The translations under genes were made by a program, and so were the position numbers. This document shows, piece after piece, positions 38,247-50,389 of a stretch of 64,000 bases of DNA. Numbering within the stretch: position 1 is the stretch's first letter; each line of letters opens with the position of its first letter. Origin of the DNA: Neoconidiobolus thromboides FSU 785 (Eukaryota; Fungi; Entomophthoromycota). Where the stretch lies: positions 1-64,000 of the forward strand of contig MU626323.1 of assembly GCA_025603075.1 (NCBI GenBank), written 5' to 3'. The notes beneath the pieces are model-generated. The model was not told the origin of the DNA and made no database searches. It saw only the letters and a program-made list of their open reading frames with translations.

Positions 38247-38619
38247 AACTTCAATGCCCTGATAATGCTTTATGAAACTAAACAATTGCTTGAAATAAAC
38301 TACCTATATCTAAATGAAACAAATTTATTTACTATAGCTTGATATTTCTAAAAAACTAAATATATAAATAACTATGAGTAGTTATGCAATATTACTGTAG
38401 TTAAAAAATGGAGAGCAATTAAATACATGAACCTGGCTTCCTATTTGTGCTCAAATGGTTACCAATTATAATATTCAAATACTAACATACTAAAGCAAAG
38501 ATAGATATAGATTTAAATACAATACTTAAAATTTTTAAAAGTTTAGTATTTTGAAATAGATAGAAAGGTGCATAAGTTGTATAGAGAAACTGACGCTTAT
38601 GTTCGACCCTATACCATTT

Positions 38620-38718
38620 GGGAGTGTTTTTTTTAACTTCATTATTTTTTCCATTTTTTAAGCGCTATTTAAGCGGAAAATTTGTTGATAAAATTCTTAA
38701 ACGCAAAAATACATCCCC
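38620..38718 (-). mobile_element. MITE copy 9
   Basis: Reverse copy with a non-palindromic direct flank ATTT/ATTT. Confidence 0.9.
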
Positions 38719-39139
38719 ATTTGTATATAAGATATATATATATAATAAAGGGGCTGTAAACCCGATATGAAATTTGAATAATATACATATTCAAGGAAAA
38801 AATAATGAATTAAAGCATTACTGCTTTGGGTAAAGAAAGTAATTAAGTTTCCATGTAAAAATTATAAGTAATTTGTATGAATCTAACTCAGTATAGAATG
38901 GTATGAAGTTTTATGATGGTAAATAGTAGGATATATTTAAAGGGGTTTATGTTACTTTACGCTATAAGTGGGTAGGAACCAATATATTTATACAACATAC
39001 TGTTAAAAATATATAGTTACTATAGAAAAGAAAATCAATTTATAATTATAAACTGATCCAAATTTTTTAAAGGTTTGATAAATTTAAAAATTAATTAAAA
39101 ATAAAAATTTGTTTTTTTGATCTAAAAAAATAAAAGAGG

Positions 39140-39804
39140 ATGGAAAGTAAAGAGAATCTTGAACAATTAAAGTAATAAATGAATCAAAGTAATTAGATAA
39201 ACACTAAAAATTCTCAGCGAACGTCGTAAAAACTTACACTATGTGCTAACCCGAGAAAAAGAAATTTTAGACACCGCTTATAACACATTATATGATAGAG
39301 TTTCACGACTACAAGTAATTCACATATAACACAAATACAAACACCAAAATTAACTAAATCTAAGATAGAGGAGCAGATTTTATTGGTATTCCTTGAAAGA
39401 GCTCGTGAGAATGAAGGCTTACCATTTGAAGATTTTCAGCGAAGCGAGTATCCATCTAACGACTTAAACGATACATTCGATCCAGTTGGAGACCTTGAAG
39501 GAACTGAAGATTTAGCGGAAAGAATAATGAGACAAGCGAACACAATCAATGCTTATAAAAGGTCTACGGATTCCAATAGCTCGGACTCTGGTAATCTATT
39601 TGGCTACTTTTTAAAAAAAGATGGGATGTAATAATTTTTTTAGATAATTTCGAGATTGATGATGAAGAAAGCGAGAAGAGGAGCAAGAAAAGAAAGGATA
39701 AGGACTCTAAGGGAGATGGTAGTGATAGTGAGGACGACGACGATGAAACGGCACGTATGGCATTGAGAGAGCTTTTGGATCAGTATGAGCAAGATATGCA
39801 ATAA
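39140..39804 (+). CDS. Small acidic protein with a SNAPC5 (SNAP19)-like N-terminal helix; 4 exons
   Basis: Spliced N-terminus VLTREKEILDTAYNTLYDRVSRLQIEEQILL resembles the SNAPC5 pattern L-x-x-E-x-E-x-L..L-x-D-x-x-x-R-L-x-x-E-E. Confidence 0.5.
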
Positions 39805-40372
39805 GCATTTTGGGGGGATTGTTTCAGTATATATGTATGGTCAAATTAGTCAAATGGTAGTAGCAAGTCTTTTTAAATTATTAAAAATTTGTTTTTAAAA
39901 AACGAAGAGTCTCTACTATTTGAATGTTTTTTGATAAATTATTCTTCGAATATTACTATTGAGGTCTGAAAAAAACGCGTCTATTAAATCTTAGGTTTTA
40001 ATATAACAAATTAAATAAACTTCTATGATACCATTTATTTATTACTAATACAATGTAAATATAAAAATAGTTCGATTTGTATATGTTAAATAACATTTAC
40101 TATATACTCTGGCTTCAGTATTTTTACTTTATTTAATTTGGATTAATAATATTCTCTTTGAGAATTTAATATGGAATCATATTTCATATTCTGGTACGTT
40201 TTTAAGAAACATATTCACAAACCAACTGTAAGGTTAGTCCCTTCTTGGTAGAACTACTAAATTAAGTAAATTTTGCAGCAATGTTATTCGCAATTTAATT
40301 TCGAAAAGGGTTTGACATTTTTAAAAAGTATAAAAAAGAACAAAAAATTGGAATTTTAGAATAATTGTTAAA

Positions 40373-41579
40373 ATGCGTAACTATTTTAAAGTGATTAATC
40401 AAGCGTACAAGGCTCAATGTATTAAAACACAACCAATCTACCCACGCATAACATGTAACAGGTACTATTCTTCACAACCAGATCCAAATGGAAATAGTAA
40501 AGGTAACCAAAAATAACTGAACATTTCTTTGAGTATACCTAATACTCTTTTATAACTTAGACGCCGTTGCCCCGAGAAAGAAAATAACAGTCAAAACAAT
40601 CCAAAAGCTTTACAAGAACAAGACTCCAATCACGATGATGACTGCTCACGACTACCCAACAGGTTTATGGGTCGAAAACAGTGACCAAGATATGTGCTTG
40701 GTAGGAGACTCTTTAGGTATGGTAGCTTTAGGGTATGACTCTACCTCTCCAGTAACCATGGAAACAATGATCCATCATACAGCTGCAGTATCTAGGGCAG
40801 CAAAATCTCCCTTTTTGGTAGCCGATTTACCTTTTGGTAGCTACGAGAGGAGACCACTTTTAGGTTTAGAAAATGCGGTTAGGTTGATAAAAGAAGGGAA
40901 AGCGGAGGTAAGGGCTTTAAACTCAATCAAAGTGCTAAAATTGATTATTATTTAGGCAGTTAAGTTAGAAGGTGGCGCTGAGCAGTGTGAAGTGGTTCAT
41001 GCTATTACTGAAAGTGGCATTCCAGTCGTTGGTCACGTCGGACTTACTCCACAACGCCAGGTTATGTTAGGAGGGTTCAGAGTCCAAGGAAAGTCAGCAG
41101 ATCAAGTAAGTAACGCTTAAATTTTTATTTTATTTTGGCTAATTGTTTATAAGGCATTGAGACTTGTTGAAGATGCTTTAGCATTACAAGAAGCAGGCTG
41201 TATGTCAATTGTTTTGGAATGTATCCCAGCACCAATAGCAGCTTTTATAACTCAACAGTTAAGTGTTCCAACCATCGGTATTGGTAGTGGTGTTGGATGT
41301 TCAGGACAAGTACTGGTGATGATGGATATGTTGGGGATCTATGATAAATTTGTACCAAAGTTCTGTAAACAATATGGAACAATAGGCAATGATGCAACAA
41401 AAGCTTTAGATGATTATGCTAAAGAAGTTAAAACTGCTACTTTCCCTGATCCTTCTGAAAAACAAATGCACTCTTATCCAATTTCAGAGCTTGAGCTTAA
41501 GAAGTTTTATGCGTTAGCTGGTGAACGCTTTGGCAATGCCCAAGGTATTGAAGACTCTCTTAATTTCGCTAGAGCTTAA
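40373..41579 (+). CDS. panB: 3-methyl-2-oxobutanoate hydroxymethyltransferase (ketopantoate HMT), mitochondrial; 4 exons
   Basis: [64 protein letters not shown]. Confidence 0.93.
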
Positions 41580-41920
41580 AAATGAATAAGGTTTTATTTA
41601 ATGACTTCAAGTAATTACTTAGTTTCAAAAAGTAATTATTATTAACTAACTTTTACCGTATCATAAACGAAACTGTTTTATAAAATAATAAAGAACATCG
41701 ATTTTAAATGTAGTAAATAAACTAAAATCAAAGTTTTAAAATTATAATTTATTGTACCCTTTTGTTCTATTTTTAACTTTATTAAATAACCTCACTTTTA
41801 AGAAAATACTCATTTTAACAGCATATCAAAAAGCAACATTGTGAGATAATAATATCATTTTAACTTTATATATTAAAATCTTTAAAATAAAAGTATTTTA
41901 AATTCCTAAAACAAACTATT

Positions 41921-42608
41921 TTACTGACTAGTTTCCATGAGTGTTTGTAAAGTATCAACGATCTAAAAATAGTTAATAAAATATTATAATAAATCACGAT
42001 GATTTTACTGTTTGAATCCTTGCCCTGAGTTCAGAAACTTTTTTAGTTGCTTTATCACTTTTCCTATGAAAAATTTGTAAATTTAATCAAACTAGTTTTA
42101 CAAAATGCTTATAATTCATTCAAATAAAAAGTGTGCTTACTTTTTCAACAAGTCCATCCTTTTATCAATAAATTTAAGTGCTTCTAATAAAGTAAATTGT
42201 ACATGATTGCCCAATCCAACATTGATATAAATATAACGAGTATCAGTTCTAAATTAATATTCCATTTAGATAAATCTAACTATTATAACTAATTTAAACC
42301 CTACATATTGGCCTGAGCAAACACCCCACAACCCAATTCGACTTTGGACTTAATCTCTTTTTGTTTCGAGATCCTCATTGCTTCGATTGTTGACTTTAAT
42401 TTTATACTAAAAACTGTTAAATTTGACTTTATTACTTATTCTTCAAGGCTTACTATTCACTATTTTCATTATAAATCTTTTCCCTCTCTTTTATTTTAAC
42501 TTCCAATACAGGCCTTAATTCATTGTAGATGACGTTTTGATACATTTCAATCACCTGATCCACCTGATCCTTACTCATTGGTTCGTAATTTTCTTCATGA
42601 TCTTCCAT
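41921..42608 (-). CDS. UXT: UXT-like prefoldin alpha-type subunit; 5 exons
   Basis: NELRPVL, KVELGCGVFAQA, IYINVGLGNHVQFTLLEALKFIDKK. Confidence 0.75.
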
Positions 42609-42819
42609 CTTTTGTATGTTGTTTAAAATTGACGATAAATGAGCAAACTATAAATTGTAATATTCTGTTTTTATTTTATTCTTAGCCAATCACAACTCTT
42701 AAATTTATTATTATTAAAATTATTAAAATGTTTTGTTAAGCACAATAGTTGTTTATTTTATTTGACCTAATAAAAATAACTCAAAATATTCAATGTTCAA
42801 TAAAATAAATATTATATGG

Positions 42820-45233
42820 CTAATCCTTGTTTAAAAAAGATCCATGAGTGACATCCCAGCCTATGGTACCATCATCTTTTAAGAAAGCAACAAAGATAGT
42901 GTGGGTAATCCTTTCAAATGCACCTTCTTCATCTGCTCTTTCTTGAATTATGATTCTAATGGGGTTGTTAGTTGTAACCGAACTACCAGATATAACTTCA
43001 TGGCCTCCCACTAACTAATTTAAGCTAATATTATTTTTTGTTGTTATAATACCAAGTTACCTTCTCCTTTTCCATTTAAACAATCAACAATAAATTGATA
43101 ATCATCATCAGAAATTATGCAAGAGTTGTTGATGATTTCAAGTACTTCCTTTTCCTAAAATAATAATAGGTTTAGATTTTAACTATTGACGTTATTGTTA
43201 TTATTGTTTACTTTATCTTCCTGTTTTAATTCACCTGTTTCTATAATATCTACATGAATAGTTGATAAAATTTCATTATTTTAGTTTGCAATCATTTACT
43301 TTGATTATCAGGGATACCATCAGCTTGACTCATACGTAAGAAATTCATCCCATCATCAACTAAGAACAATTTAGTTTAAATAGTCGAAGTATGAGTTAAA
43401 TTACCTTTTAGTCTTAGTATCCCTTGGGGATTCTCGTTAAGTTTACAATTACTATTAGATGATGATAATTCTTTTTCTTTTACTATAAACATAAATGTTA
43501 AAATTGTCTCTTAATTATTAGATAATTTCTACCCTGCTCATTTAATTGATTAGGCTGTTTCACCTCTTTCTTTCTAAATATCCCCCTTATTACTCTAACA
43601 TGATTAGCTACTCTTGGAATAAATCTCACCGGCTTAGGTGAAGTGGGTGATCGATGAGTAATTGTTTTTTTCCTCCTAATAGCACTACCCATTTTTTTAT
43701 TATGCACTATTTATCTTTAATTATCAACTTTTGTTTTTTTTTTAAATTACTTTTTTCAAGCAAAGCCCATTCTTTTTCTTTTTCTTTTTGTTCTCTTAGT
43801 GTACTTCTTTTATATTCTCTATTTTGTTGTGATACTACCTAAATTTAGTATAAGAACTTAAGCTTGAAATAAAGATTACTTTGGTCCATTAATTTCCTTA
43901 AACCCACATCATCAAGCACTGTCACTTCTTTTTTATTGTACCTATCTTTACTGGAACTCAACCTATTTAAGCTAGCGTTTGAAGCTGAATAGCTTTGAAC
44001 TAATATTAAATAAGTTAATCATATACACTTCATTCTAAAACAAATAAATTCCAACTGTTTTTGATACATTCTGGTCTCCAGTTTAATTCAATATATAAAG
44101 ACCAGAAAATAATAATATACCTGTAGGTGATTCACGTATGAAGGTTCCAGGTATAGAATCAATAGGTGGTCTAATAACAGCTACTTACGTTAATAAAATG
44201 ATGATATTGGAAGTGATATAATTTACTTTGGCTCATCATATGAATACCTCTTTGCTGCTTTTCAAACATAGCTTTTTCAGGAGTGATTAAATTCCTATCC
44301 TTTAGAAAATTTGCAGGACCTTGAGTAATGACATTGTGAGCAGATTTAGCCGCATCTATTTATACTAAATTAACCAACATTAATAAATAAGTTAAGAATT
44401 TACTTTGATTCATGTGATTTTCAGTTTTGATTTTTGAAAATGGGCTATCAACATCGGAAGTAGATAAATCCTTCTTTTTCGAATCATCTCTAGAACTTTG
44501 CTTTGAATTATTTCCTTCAGCTGTAAAAATCAGAACCATTTTTGTAATTATTAATGTGCAATTATTACTTAATGGTTTAAAGTTCTGTCTTTGTTTATTT
44601 ACTATAACTGAGCTGGAGCGATTGCTATCTTCATGTTGTTTGTAAACAAAATGTTCTGTTTTATTTAATTGTAAACCTGAATTCTCTTTAAGCAGCTCCA
44701 TTCTCTGTTCTTCGCATAAGTAGGAAAATGTCTGTAACTCCCTGTTGTTTTTATTCAGTTTACTTACTATCAATAGGTTATAATTAATTTGGTGATATAT
44801 TTAATAGATTTACTTTTATCCTTTAATTTTAAGGCGTTTCCTTTGGCACTACCATTATTTGTAGACAAGTTGTATAATTTAGGTGTGCTATGTGCAGAAA
44901 ACCCAGCAACCAAATTATGAAACGAAGCTACAGTTTTATTTCTATCTAAAGCTAAATTTTGCTCATACTAAAATCAAGATTAGCAATATCGAAAAGCAAT
45001 TGAAAATTATATACTAGTCTTGGGATTTCCTTAAAATTTGGTCCTAATTCAGCTCCATGGTTAATCAAAAAATAATTAAAAAGCCTAGTCTTTTGGCTGG
45101 AATTCAATGTATGCCAATTAAATAACATATTTGCTAGTATTTCTTCATTGAGCTCACAATCCTTTTCAGGCATCCAGTTTAACTTTAACTGGTCACTTAA
45201 GTCCTTTCCTTTATTATTAGTTTTTATAGACAT
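42820..45233 (-). CDS. NELFA: Negative elongation factor A (NELF-A)-like protein, many exons
   Basis: Collinear resemblance to animal NELF-A segments as recalled: NWMP..WHTLNSSQKTRL, ALDRNKTVASFHNLVAGF, FSYLCEE..EHFVYK, KEVTVLDDVGL, and a C-terminal domain ..YQFIVDCLNG..IRIIIQE..TIF..GW. Confidence 0.62.
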
Positions 45234-45719
45234 AAGCGATAAAAAAGCAAATTTTAATCTAGTGATCTTTTATTTTTGTTGTTTGTCCATTTTTTACGCA
45301 ACGTAAAAACTTAGAACCATTACCAAAATTTAGTAGGGGGCGATGACCAGGTAGATAGTTTTCTTCATTTCAAAAAACTTCCTACTTTAAATAAAATTTT
45401 GTTCTAATTAAAATAACAGCTAGTCAAATCCAGGAATTAGCTGCCAAATACTTTTGATAAAGTTAGATTATGGAGGTTAATGTTAAGGTTCTTGATAGAT
45501 GTGAATTAATGGTTTATTTCATAAAAGTTAGTACTATTAAAAAAGATTACAATTTACCTCTGATCAATATTCTTTACTAAAAATTCCTTGAAAATAGGCT
45601 CATTTCCTAATTTACTAAATTTATCTTAATTTGTTAAAGTCACTTACATCGATGAATAAGTATATATATTTGGCCATAAAAAAGTATAAATCTTATAGTA
45701 TTTTATCTTTTAAGTGTGA

Positions 45720-46250
45720 AATATTAAGGATTCTTTGAAGTGTTTCTTTAAGTTATGATGATTTACTTAGAGAATCGGAATCAAATGTTATTATTTTTAC
45801 ACATCTAATCCTTACATCAGCAGGTGGAGGGGTGCGCCATGACTATTCTATCAATTATAAAACTCTATTTGGCTATCCTGAAATAGAGCCTATGGGTGAT
45901 CCAGAATGAGTAAAAAGCCTCCCAGATTTAACTGTAAATATAATATCATCGTGGTTGACCAGCTATAACTCTGAAATGCAGTTAGGAAAATCTCCATATC
46001 ATAAAAGGATTGGCTGTAAGTGCATTCCATGGACTCATATTATATGACCTTATTATATCGTATGTATGTATTTTAGATCACCATTATGCAATTTATAAAA
46101 TAGTATGGAAAACAAAGTAGTTGATATGGCATAAACAACCTAATTCGATTAGAAAATTCATATATTTGAAACCATAAACCAAGACATTTAAAGGACTTGC
46201 TCCATTATACCTTGATACTTTTTGTACTTTGTCTTGATACATGAGTATTT
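45720..46250 (+). pseudogene. Unknown-family gene fragment, tandem copy 1
   Basis: YDDLLRESESNVIIFTHLILTSAGGGVRHDYSINYKTLFGYPEIEPMGDPE* aligns without gaps to the 46602 ORF. Confidence 0.45.
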
Positions 46251-46601
46251 CTAAAAATTTAAATCAAAAGTTAGAAGCAGTTTGCTATACATTGCTTGTG
46301 GAAATATATCAAAAAGCACTTTTGGAATTTTATACAAAACTCACCTAGATATATTTTTAATATTAGATGCATATTATTTAACTGTTTCTTTATTTTTAAT
46401 TTGATACTCTTTTTTATACATATAACCTTATTATCTCGTTAGATTTCAATCCCAAATTACCAAGTTTATCTAACTTAAGTAAAACACTTACCTTAGATTG
46501 AATGCCTCAATATTTAGTTAACTATAAAAAGCCAATAAAGGATTTTTATCAATTATCTTTTGTCTATTTAAACAATTGAGCCATAAGTTGATATATATAA
46601 G

Positions 46602-47100
46602 ATGGTGCTTTACGATCCATTGACTGACGAATCAGACAGGGAAATTTATATATTCGTATGTATAATTCTTATCCTAATAGGCAAATGGGACGACTATGGC
46701 TATTCTATTGACCTGTGCTTTGGGTTAGCCCATCCCAAAATACAAGCTATGAACAGTTCCGAAAGAATGATCGGACCTACTAACTTCAAGTATGATTCTA
46801 GAAGTAATCATACCACGTAATAACCTAACTATTGCTATAAGATACAATCGTGATGATTCTCAAACCACGAGAAAGATGTGCATGAAAACTACTACATAAG
46901 TATATGTTAAATAATGGTTTCCTGTACAGTGTGTACTTGTTAAGTACCACTCGCACAATTTATAAAATAGTAGGAGAAAATCAAGTATCTAAATTGGAAA
47001 AACTAAATCAATTTGACAATCAAACCCAAAAGATTGAAATCATAATCACAATAAAAAACATTCAAAAAACATAATGTATTCTATTTTATTTATTACTTTT
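46602..47100 (+). pseudogene. Unknown-family gene fragment, tandem copy 2
   Basis: YDPLTDESDREIYIFVCIILILIGKWDDYGYSIDLCFGLAHPKIQAMNSSE; 17-mer CAATTTATAAAATAGTA shared with copy 1 (46089 and 46956). Confidence 0.45.
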
Positions 47101-47152
47101 CGATTTTGTATTAATATATTTATATTTATATTAGATCAAAAATAAAGTCTAT

Positions 47153-49277
47153 TCATAAAGGAACTTTAACGAGGGTTAAAAGCGATTCGATGTGCATCGT
47201 CTGAGGAAACATATCGAAGGGTTTAACTTTCACTATCTTGTATGTAAAGCTCATTTTTTTGGCCTCACCCTTAATATAAGACGTGTATTGTTTAACTACT
47301 TCTTTATCACTTTCCTGTGTAAAACTTTCCCAGTTCTTTTCTGCTTCTAAAGGCGAAATAAATTCCGGACAAATCTCCCTGATATTTTCAACTGAATTTA
47401 TCTTTGGCATATTTCCTTGACTTACATTTCCTCCAGTCAAATCAAGTAGCATTTGGAGATCACGTGCCTGTGTAAATGGATTGCATGATACATATACAAT
47501 ACTTGAGGGTGCAAAGTCGATTAATTGTTTAATAAAACTAAACATAAGTTAGAATAATTTAATACTATATAAAAATGAACTTACTCTTCACTGCATCCTT
47601 TCCTTGGAGGATCAATGATGACTGCTGTTTCATCTCCATTAAATTCCAACCCCTTAAAAATGACCTCAGCTTCACCTAACTTAAATGAGCAATTATCGAT
47701 GTTGTTTAACTCAGCATTTTTAGATGCAAATGCAATTGATTGGTCATTAACATCTACCCCAACTACTTTTTCAAAAGCAGAAGAACAAGCAACTGCAAAT
47801 AATCCAGATCCACAATAAACATCTAATAAATATTTTGGTTTTTGAGCTAATGGAGCATTGGTAAATTCGGACATTACATATTCTGTAAGCCTTGGTAAGA
47901 TCGAAGCATTCACTTGGAAGAAAGAACCTAAAGTTGAAATGTAAACATTGAAATATATAGCAAACTAAAGATATATTACCACTTGGGTACTTGAACCTTA
48001 AATCACCAACAGGTTGGGTCACAATCCCTTTATGAGTATTAACTACATCCACTACTTCATTACCATTATCGTCTTTAGTCAAAGACTCTCTTATAATTAA
48101 TGTTGCACCACGCTTATAACTATCCAACTGTTTATTTACTTTTTCTCTTTCCAGTTTATACCCATTACTTACAGCTGGAGTAGCCAAAATACAATCTTCA
48201 ATATCCATAATTTTTCTTCTACCTTTCTCATTGAATCCGATATCAGCTTTTAACCCAACTTCATTACATTTAGTCTCAGATCCCTCCTTTGTGCTACTTT
48301 TAGGCTTATCAAAATGAGGTGTTAATTTTGTTCTATAATTGAATTTCAATGGCGATTCCTCTGGTTTGTCAAAGTGAATTAATTCCATAAGTGGCCTTGA
48401 TCCATAAAGAAAAGCCCTCTTTAATAAATTTTCTTTTAATTCCAATTGTGTTTCATATGTAAAGTTTTGCCATTGACAACCAGAACAAGTTCCAAAGTAC
48501 TTGCATGGAGCTTCAGTTAGTTTAAGTGAACTATTCCCTCTTGATATCAGCTCTACAAAATCTCCTTCAGAGTACCCCCTTTTTAATATAAGGTTAAAAG
48601 ATTAAATATAATCAAATGAAGCTACCTGCAATGGGAAAACACCCTAGTTTTTACAATATCACCGATAGTTGTAAATGGAACTAATATAAACCAATCTTTA
48701 ACATCTTTAGTAACACCAATACCAGTTCCTATAGTTGAAGATATTTAAGGATAAGTTTAAACGAAAGATAGCCAACTTTACCATTAGATGCTAGTTTAAC
48801 AATTTCGACTTCGTACTCAGTAAATCGCTCAAATGGTAAATATTCATAAAATAAAGATTTATTAAAGTCTTCATTCTTTTTAGAGTTTATTAACTTTGGG
48901 TTTAACGAATGTAAATCCATTAATATATTCGAGTCTGATGGCATTGGCTTTGGCTTCTTCAGTTTCTTTTTCTTTGGTTGTTTTTTATTTGAATTCTCTA
49001 GTTCATTACTTTCTGTTTTTATTTTTTTGTTTATTTGTGTATCTAAAAAGTTAGGACTTATTTAAATAAGTTAAAATCATTTACCTTCATTTAAGTTATC
49101 TGCTCTATTGTCAGTTGCAGCTGACTCGGTATACCCATTTGCCTTGATATCACAAACTTTATCGCTGTTATTTAATATGTCTTTGATATCACTCATTCTA
49201 CTTAAATAACTAAAATTATCTTTATTAAAAATTCGAGCTTTATTAACAAACTTAAAGATTTGATTGAAAGATCTCAT
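47153..49277 (-). CDS. TRM2: tRNA (uracil-54) methyltransferase, TrmA/Trm2 family; multi-exon
   Basis: CKYFGTCSGCQWQ, YRTKLTPHF, GSFFQVN, LLDVYCGSGLF, IIDPPRKGC, YVSCNP..QARDL, DMFPQT.HIES. Confidence 0.92.
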
Positions 49278-49373
49278 TTAATAAGATAATCTAATTCCAA
49301 GGGTATTTATTCTTTTTAAACATGTTGCATAACTCTTTATAAACTAAAGATTTAGTATATAGCAAGTAGGGAT

Positions 49374-49445
49374 GGCCAAATGGTCTAGTGGTATGATTCA
49401 CCCTTAGGGTGGGTGAGGTCCCGGGTTCAATTCCCGGTTTGGCCC
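49374..49445 (+). tRNA. tRNA-Pro(AGG), intronless
   Basis: Acceptor stem GGCCAAA/TTTGGCC, anticodon arm CACCC-TTAGGGT-GGGTG, T arm CCGGG-TTCAATT-CCCGG. Confidence 0.95.
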
Positions 49446-49831
49446 TTTCAGACTGTTTTTTGTCAATAAATCCTTTATAGGCTTTGGAATGCTATTTTTC
49501 TATTAAAAATTATCAATAGTGAAAACATCTTATGCATTTCAAAGCTTTTATTATCCAAGAAAGTAGTATATTGTATAGACATAAAAAAGTAGATGATAAG
49601 TTTGTTTATGGTTTTTTTTTTAGTATTATTCAAAAGATTTTAAAGGAAGAAAGTAAAAAAAAATCAGTCTATTAAAATATTTCTATAATGAATTATTCTT
49701 TTTTGATTAAATAGAGTTAGTTTCAAATATTTAAATTACTATCATTTTGACATTTATAATCTTCTATAGATGAACACTTTAAATATAATATTAACTTTTA
49801 ATGTAATTCAAAATTTTAAAAAAATAAATTT

Positions 49832-49929
49832 GGGGATGTATTTTTATGTTTAAGAATTTTATTAACAAATTTTCTACTCAAATAGTGCTTAGAAGATGGG
49901 AAAAGTAATGAAACTAAAAAAATATCCCC
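49832..49929 (+). mobile_element. MITE copy 10
   Basis: GGGGATGT...TATCCCC with direct ATTT/ATTT flanks. Confidence 0.9.
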
Positions 49930-50389
49930 ATTTAATTATTAAAAATTCAAAACTAATATACTACTGTTTATTAATTGTATACACCATATTTTAAAATACT
50001 TATAATTTTAAAAAGAGCTAAATTTACATTTATGTTTCATTGAATCTTAATTAACAGATTCTATTGTTTTAAAAGAATCTATTTAATGACTTTTTCAAAT
50101 ATTCCTTTTTTGGCCTGTTTTATTTCTTGTAAATGAGTGATAGTTTTTTTTAAATGTTTTCAATTTACTTAACTAATTCTGTTTGTTACTATACCAAAGG
50201 TCTATTCGTTTCTTTTTATTAAATTGATCCGATAGACGGAATATTAATTTTTAAAAGATGCAAAATAAAAATAGTGTAAAAAGTTACTTTTATCACTACC
50301 TATATAATTGGGTTTCTTTTATAAATATTGGCTTAATATCAATGTTATATATGTATTAACTTTATATTATTAGCATCATTTATAACTCA

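Noticed and set aside
47581-48445. Overlapping TRM2 ORFs suggesting a programmed frameshift
   Set aside because: A GT-AG intron at about 47930-47982 joins the frames (PSG|SFFQVN).
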